IMG/VR virus record: IMGVR_UViG_3300021066_000005
Span: 1-38,423 of that record
Reading direction: 5' to 3' (one strand)
Source: a virus
Lineage: Duplodnaviria; Caudoviricetes
Length of the DNA: 38,423 bases
Part shown: piece by piece, positions 1 to 6,509 of the stretch
Layout: each line of letters begins with the position of its first letter
Position numbering within the stretch: the stretch's first letter is position 1
Program-made: the position numbers and the translations under genes
Notes under the pieces: generated by a model
Told to the model about the DNA's origin: nothing
Seen by the model: only the letters and a program-made list of their open reading frames with translations
The model's database searches: none

Positions 1-127
1 CGTTTGTTCGAGGAATTTCTTGAGTTTGTCTGCAACATCCTCGCGATAGCACTGCTGTCCTGAATACCGGAATGGAGTGGACATTTGCGGCAGAATGAAT
101 GCGCCGAAATGGGCCATGCGGGATGCC
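1..127. repeat. Terminal direct repeat, identical to 38297-38423 (circular assembly overlap)
   Basis: The first 127 nt match the last 127 nt exactly, and an ORF reads in frame through the junction. 127 is a common assembler k-mer length. Confidence 0.95.
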
Positions 128-609
128 AACTCAACAACCTTGAATTCAAACTGGCTGCCGGTGTACTTGCCTGAAAATCCATCCTCCTTAACCGCGCCAA
201 AGGGCGGATTACTGATAGCCCAATCGAACAAACCAAGCTCGGCTACCTCTTTCGAAAACACGCTTTCGTTGATCCACCTAGCTTCTGGAACAATGCGCTG
301 TCCGATCTTCAGGTATTCGGGATTAATTTCCACACAGGTCAAGCTGTCGCATTTTTGCTCTACTGCGTAACTGAGGGAGCCGATGCCAGCGCAAAGGTCA
401 ATGACATGCCCGCCGTTTACCTCTAAGGCAAAATCTCTGGCTAACGCCATCGGCGTAAAAAAAGCACCGGCAACAGAATTGATATTGGTTGCGCCCTCGT
501 GGAAGTTGTCTAGGATGAATTCCTTCTCGAAGTCTTTGAGCGGTCGTCCGCAATCCACAAGTGCCATTACTTCCTGGTGCGCTTTGATTTGTTGCTTTGT
601 AAGCTTCAT
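1..609 (-). CDS. DNA amino-methyltransferase (N6-A/N4-C type), 5' part; continues across the circular junction to 38144 (253 aa total)
   Basis: My translation from ATG 609 gives MKLTKQQIKAHQEVMALVDCG...VIDLCAGIGSLSYA (SAM motif I)...AISNPPFG (catalytic motif IV). It is in frame with ORF 38144..38413 and has an ATGA overlap with the upstream gene. Confidence 0.85.
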   Translation of the reverse strand, partial: MKLTKQQIKAHQEVMALVDCGRPLKDFEKEFILDNFHEGATNINSVAGAFFTPMALARDFALEVNGGHVIDLCAGIGSLSYAVEQKCDSLTCVEINPEYLKIGQRIVPEARWINESVFSKEVAELGLFDWAISNPPFGAVKEDGFSGKYTGSQFEFKVVELASRMAHFGAFILPQMSTPFRYSGQQCYREDVADKLKKFLEQT

Positions 610-806
610 GCCGCCTCCATCCAATACCGCGCCACATGCTTGCCGTTTGGCAGAGCTAATGGCTCGGAGCGTATGTCGTGTCCACCACGCTTAAGCTCAT
701 AGACGCGAGCACCTAGACGCATGCAGCCAAACTTGTCCAGCGCTTCCAGTGGTGTAATGCTGTGGCCGGATTTCAGGTGGTTCAGGATTTGTTCGGATTG
801 GGTCAT
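606..806 (-). CDS. Small winged-HTH protein (HTH_39-like)
   Basis: ILNHLKSGHSITPLEALDKFGCMRLGARVYELK pattern typical of phage HTH_39 proteins; coupled to both neighbours. Confidence 0.75.
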   Translation of the reverse strand: MTQSEQILNHLKSGHSITPLEALDKFGCMRLGARVYELKRGGHDIRSEPLALPNGKHVARYWMEAA

Positions 807-1390
807 ACAACCTCCAGCATTTTGAGTTTTGCGGATTCGATGAGCTGTTGCATTTGCGGGCTGGTTTCGTGGTACGGCAGTAGAACGCTTACCTGATTAG
901 CCGTAAGCCGCCCTTTCTCCATTGCATCCGTGAGAACTGTTTCGCGACCGTTCTTGTCATGACCAAGTGAAGCCGTCCACCTAACCGGAAGACGCTGGTC
1001 GCGGGCTTCGCTTACTCGCTTGGTGTACGCTTCTTTGAAGGCCATGCGTGCTGCAACGGTTTCACCTTCGTTAATTAACGGGTATGCAACGCCCCATGCC
1101 GCGCTCATTTCCTCAGTCCAAACTGTTGTGGTGTATTCGTCGTGCGGCAGCATGGCCCATGCTTCTTCCACTCCAGGCCGTCCGTCATCAATGCGCGAGA
1201 TAACCGCTTCAGCGCAGAATTGACCTGGCTTGAGTTCCTTGCGGCAGCGAGACAGAGCACGCATAACAGCCCGTTCGTCATAGCCTTCCAGGTCATAGGC
1301 CAGCATCCGCGCCGCCTCCTCGGAGAATGTCCTGCCGCACAACTCAGCGGTAGCAGCAAGCGCCTTGATTAGTTCTACCGATGCCATCAA
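803..1390 (-). CDS. Replication-associated protein in the P (helicase loader) position
   Basis: Lies immediately downstream of, and overlaps, the O-like gene. 195 aa; function inferred from gene order only. Confidence 0.55.
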   Translation of the reverse strand: MMASVELIKALAATAELCGRTFSEEAARMLAYDLEGYDERAVMRALSRCRKELKPGQFCAEAVISRIDDGRPGVEEAWAMLPHDEYTTTVWTEEMSAAWGVAYPLINEGETVAARMAFKEAYTKRVSEARDQRLPVRWTASLGHDKNGRETVLTDAMEKGRLTANQVSVLLPYHETSPQMQQLIESAKLKMLEVV

Positions 1391-2235
1391 TTACCCTCCT
1401 TCGCTTGAGCCTCTGCCAGCAATCCGCTAAAGGCGTTGAGATTGGTTTGTGTCCGGTCTGCTTGTTGGGCGCGTGTCGTTGTGATCTGGGTATTAGTTGC
1501 CCACTCGGTGCGAAGCTTCTCTGCGTCGGCAACCATCAACTGCAATGAATGCATTTTCCCGACATAGAACGAACCGTTATGGCGCAGGTAGAAGGCTGCA
1601 ACGTGCGGGGATTCTTTCACCCCTAGACGCCTTACAAACTCAGCCACCAATGAATTGGACTTTGCGTTGCGCACAGGCTCAGTCTTGTAGCGAGTGAAGT
1701 ACGCATCGCTGTAGGCCTTCCATGTTTCTGCTGACTCAGGCTCTTTCTTTTTTCGAGGCGCAGCCGGTTCATCCGGCGGCAAAGGAAGGGAATCAGGAGT
1801 CGGAGAATCAGGAATCAGTGAATCAGTGTTAAGGGAATCAGGAATCAGAGAATCAGCAGGAGTGTCACCGTTAATTAACGGTTGTTTAACCGATTGTTGG
1901 CAAGATATTGAATAATCAGGATAAATAGAATCCTTCTCGGTATGGTGAGGATTCTGGTGTTCCTTGAACTTGGCGATCTGGATTAGCTTGGTACCGTTAA
2001 CCTCGTACCTATGGATGAGGCCGAACGAAAGCAGAACGGTTAAATAACGGTTAATGTCGAAATTGTCACGGTATGGGAAAAGTTCGGCCTTGATACGAAG
2101 GGGGCGATCCTCAAGAATCCCAGCCTTGTCTGCCAGCGTCCAAAGTCCAGCGAACAGGAGCGACACAAAAGGATCGGCAGTGCCTAAATCCTCATTCTTG
2201 AAGAATCCAGGCTTGATATTCCTAGCTCTAGCCAT
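1387..2235 (-). CDS. Phage replication initiator (O-like)
   Basis: N-terminus MARARNIKPGFFKNEDL...LLFAGLWTLADKAGILEDRPLRIKAELFPY typical of phage initiators; internal iterons encode DSLIPDS repeats. Confidence 0.85.
   Translation of the reverse strand: MARARNIKPGFFKNEDLGTADPFVSLLFAGLWTLADKAGILEDRPLRIKAELFPYRDNFDINRYLTVLLSFGLIHRYEVNGTKLIQIAKFKEHQNPHHTEKDSIYPDYSISCQQSVKQPLINGDTPADSLIPDSLNTDSLIPDSPTPDSLPLPPDEPAAPRKKKEPESAETWKAYSDAYFTRYKTEPVRNAKSNSLVAEFVRRLGVKESPHVAAFYLRHNGSFYVGKMHSLQLMVADAEKLRTEWATNTQITTTRAQQADRTQTNLNAFSGLLAEAQAKEGN
1790..1882. repeat. Replication origin iterons plus palindrome
   Basis: Seven GAATCAG copies (1790, 1805, 1812, 1820, 1835, 1842, 1850), then the 16-bp palindrome ACCGTTAATTAACGGT (1867-1882) and AT-rich DNA, inside the O-like gene as in lambda ori. 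Confidence 0.75.
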
Positions 2236-2306
2236 TTGAACAACCCCTAAAAAGTTACTGCGTTTACTGCTTATGTGCTGCTAGTTATGCTTTATGGTGC
2301 GGAGCC

Positions 2307-2432
2307 TCATCGTCGGAGAAGGCCTATCTTTTCGAGAAAGTGCAGCAGTACCCAGATGAAAATGCCCCATGTAAGGCCTATGGCGAAGCACAGGCAGATA
2401 AGGTCGCCCCAGCTTAGATAGAGACCGTTCAT
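2307..2432 (-). CDS. Small membrane protein, 41 aa
   Basis: My translation: MNGLYLSWGDLICLCFAIGLTWGIFIWVLLHFLEKIGLLRR; ATGA overlap with the cII-like gene. Confidence 0.5.
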   Translation of the reverse strand: MNGLYLSWGDLICLCFAIGLTWGIFIWVLLHFLEKIGLLRR

Positions 2433-2797
2433 GCTGCGGCTTCCAGTTCCGCAAGCTCTGCCTTTAGCTCTTCCATGCGTTGCGCCTTCACGTCCTTACG
2501 CACAAGCTCACATCCAAAGAAGTCCGCCCAATACTGAAGAAGGAACAGGTTTCCGCTCGCCATGATTAGTCTGGTAATTTCGTTAGCGCTCATACCGCCA
2601 TTGCCGTTAGCAAATCTGGTTATGGTTTCTCGCGGCTTGCCAACCTCATCCCCAATGGCTTCCTGGGTAGAGCCTGAATGCATCAGCATGAATTTCACGG
2701 CTTGGTTGGCGTCTCTCGTTTGTTTCATAAGAATTCCAGGCATAATTTCCATCTGTCGAGCCTGAGCAAGGCTTGGTTTAAGTAATTGTTTGCTCAT
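2429..2797 (-). CDS. CII-like transcriptional regulator
   Basis: Located between cro and O; HTH-like segment TQEAIGDEVGKPRETITRFANG and a C-terminal coiled coil. Confidence 0.65.
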   Translation of the reverse strand: MSKQLLKPSLAQARQMEIMPGILMKQTRDANQAVKFMLMHSGSTQEAIGDEVGKPRETITRFANGNGGMSANEITRLIMASGNLFLLQYWADFFGCELVRKDVKAQRMEELKAELAELEAAA

Positions 2798-2812
2798 ATC
2801 AATTAGCCTTTC

Positions 2813-2842
2813 TTGTGCGTATTTGTGCGAATTGGTGATACT
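2813..2842 (+). promoter_or_regulatory. Putative PRE / CII-binding direct repeat
   Basis: TTGTGCG at 2813 and 2823 (10-bp period, like lambda TTGC-N6-TTGC) followed by GATACT at 2837-2842, pointing toward cI. Confidence 0.45.
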
Positions 2843-2853
2843 CGAAACTTGTT

Positions 2854-2886
2854 AAAAAAAACGGGTGGAACATAATTGCTCCACCC
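2854..2886 (-). terminator. tR1-like intrinsic terminator after cro
   Basis: Minus strand GGGTGGAGC-AATTAT-GTTCCACCC followed by G and T8. Confidence 0.75.
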
Positions 2887-2898
2887 ACAGGGAGATGT

Positions 2899-3159
2899 TC
2901 ATTTAGGGCCACGGCGGTTTGTACGGCGATCAGGTTGCAACCTCCGGTCGTCAGCCAATTCGGGCCACAGCTCTTCCCAGTCGTCGCGCAAATCTTTGCG
3001 AGTTACCAAGCCACCAGTGACTCTCTCGATTTCGACGCATTTCTTGGGAGAAATCGGCCTTATTTGCTTCTCCCATTGGTAAATGAGTCCTTGCGAAACG
3101 TGCAGACTGTTTGCGAAGTCAGTACGGGAGTGTTCTTTTAAATAAGTAGAAAGGTCCAT
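2899..3159 (-). CDS. cro: Cro-like repressor (YdaS family) with an Arg-rich C-terminal extension
   Basis: Divergent from cI; HTH plus IERVTGGLVTRKDLRDDWEELWPEL, typical of YdaS/Cro. Confidence 0.85.
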   Translation of the reverse strand: MDLSTYLKEHSRTDFANSLHVSQGLIYQWEKQIRPISPKKCVEIERVTGGLVTRKDLRDDWEELWPELADDRRLQPDRRTNRRGPK

Positions 3160-3165
3160 AGGTGA

Positions 3166-3235
3166 ATAATAGCTATGCTATTTTGATTTGTCAAGAGCAA
3201 TGCTCGTTGATACATAAATAGCTTTGCTATAGATT
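3166..3235. promoter_or_regulatory. OR region: PR, PRM and three operators
   Basis: 15-bp palindromic operators AATAGCTATGCTATT (3168), AAGAGCAATGCTCGT (3193) and AATAGCTTTGCTATA (3217). PR (minus): TTGACA 3194-3189, 17 nt, TATTAT 3171-3166. PRM (plus): TTGATA 3207-3212, 17 nt, TAGATT 3230-3235. Confidence 0.85.
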
Positions 3236-3244
3236 CGTGCGGTT

Positions 3245-4006
3245 ATGAGTACAACACCAAAAGTTATAGAGGATTGGCAGAAAGAGGATGCCGCACGCCT
3301 CAAGCAGCTTTACAAGGAGCGCGTCAAGCTAACCCAAGCGGAATTTGGAGAGCAGTTCGAGATTGGCTCTCAGGGGATGGTCTGGCAATACTTGAACGCA
3401 AAGCGGCCGTTAAACCTGAGATCGCTGCTGCGCTTCTGCCGAGGATTGGATATTAAAGACCCTGCTTTGATTAGTCCGAAACTTGCGCAGGAATTGGAGG
3501 GTCGAAACCCAAGCGACCCCGATATCTTTTTTGTAGACAGCACTGACAGAATCATCAACAATAACCCTATAACAATTGATGAATCATCCGATTTTGTAGG
3601 CATTAAAAGGGTTGATATAAAAATTTCTGCTGGAATTTCAGGGTACGCCGTTGAATACCTCGATGATGAAAAGCCGCCAATCTTCTTTCGCAAGGATTGG
3701 TTCGTAAGCAAAGGGTTCGACCCAGCTTCATTGCACGCCCTCAGGGTCACAGGTGAGAGCATGCAGCCGTCCCTTTACGATGGCGATATCGTTGTTACCA
3801 ACATCGACATTACGCAGCCAAAGGACGGTGAAACATTTGCGGTGAACTTCGAAGGCGAGCTAATCATTAAGAGAATGATTAGGAACGCCGGAGAATGGTG
3901 GCTTCGATCAGACAACGAGGACAAGAGGCGTTTTCCAGACAAGTTGTGCGATGAGAACTGCTTCATCATCGGCAAGATTGTCTACAAGCAGAGCGAACAC
4001 ATATAA
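3245..4006 (+). CDS. cI: CI repressor (HTH + S24 autopeptidase)
   Basis: Lambda-CI-like N-terminal HTH; Ala-Gly cleavage site ISAG; catalytic GESMQP and IKR motifs. Confidence 0.95.
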   Translation: MSTTPKVIEDWQKEDAARLKQLYKERVKLTQAEFGEQFEIGSQGMVWQYLNAKRPLNLRSLLRFCRGLDIKDPALISPKLAQELEGRNPSDPDIFFVDSTDRIINNNPITIDESSDFVGIKRVDIKISAGISGYAVEYLDDEKPPIFFRKDWFVSKGFDPASLHALRVTGESMQPSLYDGDIVVTNIDITQPKDGETFAVNFEGELIIKRMIRNAGEWWLRSDNEDKRRFPDKLCDENCFIIGKIVYKQSEHI

Positions 4007-4038
4007 AGCATCGCTACTGATTCTCAACTATAAAAGGG

Positions 4039-4452
4039 GTGACGATGTACAAACTGCTAATTCTATTTGTGCTGCTATCCGGCTGTGCCCATAACCTTGA
4101 TTTAATTTCCCGTACCGGCGGACCGAACGGCTCAGGCGTAGCGCAAGAGCTAGGCAAGCAGATCACCATTAACTTGGACGGCCAGCAATACAAAGGCACG
4201 TATGTTTATGACGGCGGATCAGTTATACGTACAAATAGCGCCGCCACCGCGACAGCTTATGGCGGCCATCGCACTGCTACAGCTTACGGCACCGGAGTAA
4301 GTTCCACATACATTCCAGGCTCAGGCAACGGTCGAATTCTGGCGACCTCTGGCAAAGGAAGCATCAGATGTGACTTTAACTACTCACAAGGAACCGGAAT
4401 CGGATACTGTCAGGACAATTATGGGGGCGAATACGATTTGCTAATACATTAA
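4039..4452 (+). CDS. Lipoprotein downstream of cI (candidate superinfection exclusion)
   Basis: Signal peptide with lipobox LLSG-C; Gly-rich beta-type body with two more Cys; no terminator visible between it and cI. Confidence 0.7.
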   Translation: MTMYKLLILFVLLSGCAHNLDLISRTGGPNGSGVAQELGKQITINLDGQQYKGTYVYDGGSVIRTNSAATATAYGGHRTATAYGTGVSSTYIPGSGNGRILATSGKGSIRCDFNYSQGTGIGYCQDNYGGEYDLLIH

Positions 4453-4473
4453 GGCTAAGGATAGGTGGAAGTG

Positions 4474-4498
4474 AAGCCGGGCATCACCCGGCTTTCTT
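4474..4498. terminator. Intrinsic terminator between the convergent lipoprotein and P63C genes
   Basis: AAGCCGGG-CATCA-CCCGGCTTTCTT hairpin. Confidence 0.7.
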
Positions 4499-4532
4499 GG
4501 AAAGATTGTTCAGGCAACTGCTACTAATTAAA

Positions 4533-5534
4533 TTAATAGGGATCGTTTAAGGCCAGTTCCAAGGTTTCATTTTTCTTTGGGTATGCCCTGTTCATAAATC
4601 TAAGAAACTCATCCCAGCTAACATGCGCTCTCATTGCCCCAATGACTGCATAAAGATGCTGCGCAAGCGCCGGATGCCCAACTTCGTCGGTAAGTAGCTG
4701 ATGATGCTTGCCTCGCCGATTGCCGCGCTCATCTTTTGGATTTCTCTTCTCAAGCTCCTCAAGAATCCCAGGAGCCAATCTTTCATATACTAGATTGTTG
4801 GTGTACTTACCGACCACTCCTGGACGCTTAACTTTCATTGGGTTTAGGGGCCAACCTTTTAGCCTAAACATTTCAAAATAAAATTCATCAGGGAATCTTT
4901 TTGCCCAAGCAGCCAGTTCTTTTTTAAGGTACTGATCGAGGATGGCCTGTAGCGCTTGTCGGTCGCGTACTTCTTGATATCCGGTAGCCTCATCAACAAG
5001 TGCAACCACCCCAACACGGGCAAGGCCACGGATAAGCATTTTTGCTTGCTCAGCTATGTGCTTTTGCATGTGTGTTAAGACGCCAGCAGTCTCCGCGTCC
5101 AGGAACACATCACAGACTGAAGGCAGCAGCTCAGCTGAATACCCGAAAGCCTTAATCCCACTGAGAGTTCGAAACTCAATCTGGCTTGACGTCACTTCTA
5201 AATCATTGGAAATAAAAGGCTTAAGGTTCTTCGCCGTCAAAAAAGCTGGCATGTTGACGTCACCATCATAATATTGTCGGCCCTTAGCCTGGCGGGCTCG
5301 ACCTAGCGCCCGCATAAAACCGCTTTGAGTAAGAACGCGCCTTCCGTCGCCAAGAACCGCACAAGGAATCTCCACCTGACCGAAGTGCAAAACCCCCTCA
5401 TGAGTTGCTTTAGGAATCGTTGAATCCCATCTAGCCTGTGCAGCCTTGCTAGCAATTTCCTTGCGCTGATCAGATGTCAGAGAATTTGCTCTCGCTATAC
5501 CCCCTCTTGCTTTCCCGCTCACAGAATCACTCAT
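4533..5534 (-). CDS. P63C-domain protein (Mx8 p63 C-terminal family), 333 aa
   Basis: ATG 5534 with a GGAG SD. N-terminal GG-ARA-LT-QRKEIA-KAA-ARW, then IPCAVL, VGVVALVDEATGYQ, AWAKRFPDEFY and HHQLLT motifs of P63C proteins. Confidence 0.8.
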   Translation of the reverse strand: MSDSVSGKARGGIARANSLTSDQRKEIASKAAQARWDSTIPKATHEGVLHFGQVEIPCAVLGDGRRVLTQSGFMRALGRARQAKGRQYYDGDVNMPAFLTAKNLKPFISNDLEVTSSQIEFRTLSGIKAFGYSAELLPSVCDVFLDAETAGVLTHMQKHIAEQAKMLIRGLARVGVVALVDEATGYQEVRDRQALQAILDQYLKKELAAWAKRFPDEFYFEMFRLKGWPLNPMKVKRPGVVGKYTNNLVYERLAPGILEELEKRNPKDERGNRRGKHHQLLTDEVGHPALAQHLYAVIGAMRAHVSWDEFLRFMNRAYPKKNETLELALNDPY

Positions 5535-5606
5535 GCTTGCACTCCGGTTGTTGTGGTGCTTGCATATTAACACACATTTGCAAGCACGTACTTTAGTATG
5601 CTTGCA
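5534..5606. promoter_or_regulatory. Four TGCTTGCA boxes over the P63C promoter and start codon
   Basis: TGCTTGCA at 5534, 5557 and 5599, and inverted TGCAAGCA at 5579. Confidence 0.6.
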
Positions 5607-5634
5607 AATTACTCTATTGCTACGTAGCAATGCC

Positions 5635-5660
5635 AACCCGCCATCGAGCGGGGTTTTCTT
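5635..5660 (+). terminator. Intrinsic terminator upstream of PL
   Basis: CCCGC-CATCGA-GCGGG followed by GTTTTCTTT. Confidence 0.65.
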
Positions 5661-5670
5661 TGCCATTTAT

Positions 5671-5712
5671 AATAGCTTTGCTATTGACATGTAGAAATAG
5701 CCTTGCTATTAT
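5671..5712 (+). promoter_or_regulatory. PL promoter with two operators
   Basis: AATAGCTTTGCTATT (5671) and AATAGCCTTGCTATT (5696) match the OR operators; TTGACA 5684-5689, 17 nt, TATTAT 5707-5712. Confidence 0.9.
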
Positions 5713-5718
5713 TCACCC

Positions 5719-6085
5719 ATGTTCAGCACAACGCTGACAGCAAAGCAGCAAACCGGATGGTAGGCCACTCAAAACATACCACCTCCCCGTAGTCTGAGGC
5801 GGGGCATTCGGAACTAAGCGGCGCATTTAAGCCGTAGCAGCTAGTAGCAGGAAGGGGCGGCGAGCACTTGGGACACATCGTCTCTTGTGGCCACAAGAGA
5901 CGATTGAGCTTGTGCGGACTGTATGGCGTGAAAGCTACACGCCCCCTTCCTACTACTAGTTGCAGATTTACGGGGGAACTCTTGCCGGTGACTGACGGTG
6001 ATGATTTGGAGCTTAGCTCTCCCCCACCCCTCTTAGTTCTATACGTTTACGGCTGCGTTAGGCCGGTTGCAGAAAGGATGCTGAG
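5719..6085 (+). ncRNA. Long structured PL leader RNA (function unknown)
   Basis: No credible ORF. Nested stems: GAACTAAG(5811)/CTTAGTTC(6032), a ~23-bp stem 5837-5859/5940-5963, a perfect 28-bp palindrome at 5877-5904, a GGGGGA/TCCCCC stem and several small hairpins. Confidence 0.55.
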
Positions 6086-6256
6086 ATGAAAGTTTTGAAA
6101 GTTACGCATGAAGGCAAAACGTACTACATAACTGCAAGCGATTGCGCTCTTCCTGTCGGCTCCGAGGCTGAAGTTTTGGACATGACGGAGGCTGAATACT
6201 TCAGCATTACCGCAACCCATGAAGCGTACGTATTTGTTCAAGAGATGAGCAAATGA
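6086..6256 (+). CDS. Hypothetical protein, 56 aa (first PL gene)
   Basis: My translation: MKVLKVTHEGKTYYITASDCALPVGSEAEVLDMTEAEYFSITATHEAYVFVQEMSK; AAAGGA SD. Confidence 0.6.
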   Translation: MKVLKVTHEGKTYYITASDCALPVGSEAEVLDMTEAEYFSITATHEAYVFVQEMSK

Positions 6257-6381
6257 ACGACCAAATCTACTGCCCGTATTGCGGCGCTGAGTTGGCTGAT
6301 CGCAGCGAACAATGCTGCGGCGAAGTCCACGGAGGAACAGCCGAGGAAATCGGACCAGAAGTAGACGAGGAGCAACCATGA
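6253..6381 (+). CDS. Small acidic Zn-ribbon protein, 42 aa
   Basis: MNDQIYCPYCGAELADRSEQCCGEVHGG...; ATGA overlaps at both ends. Confidence 0.55.
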   Translation: MNDQIYCPYCGAELADRSEQCCGEVHGGTAEEIGPEVDEEQP

Positions 6382-6509
6382 ATCCCCACGACATATCCGG
6401 CTACCAGCTCAACCAGCCTCGCATTGATTGGGAGGACGTAGCTTGGACTTCTGCTCTCATCCTTCTGGCCTGCTGGTTGGCTTATGACTATATCGAGAGG
6501 TTGGTATGA
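6378..6509 (+). CDS. Small membrane protein, 43 aa
   Basis: MNPHDISG...VAWTSALILLACWLAYDYIERLV; GAGGAG SD and ATGA overlaps. Confidence 0.55.
   Translation: MNPHDISGYQLNQPRIDWEDVAWTSALILLACWLAYDYIERLV

Noticed and set aside
1790-1856. CRISPR-like or mini-array repeats
   Set aside because: The 7-bp units have no unique spacers and lie inside the initiator gene, consistent with iterons. No CRISPR array was seen anywhere in the window.
5535-5666. 44-aa N-terminal extension of the P63C ORF (start at 5666)
   Set aside because: It runs through a terminator hairpin and the TGCTTGCA boxes. The ATG at 5534 has a GGAG SD and begins the recognisable domain.
5837-5963. Bona fide retron msr-msd, hammerhead ribozyme or protelomerase telRL site
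   Set aside because: There is no RT or protelomerase in the genome and no CUGANGA core. The phage has an integrase and attP.
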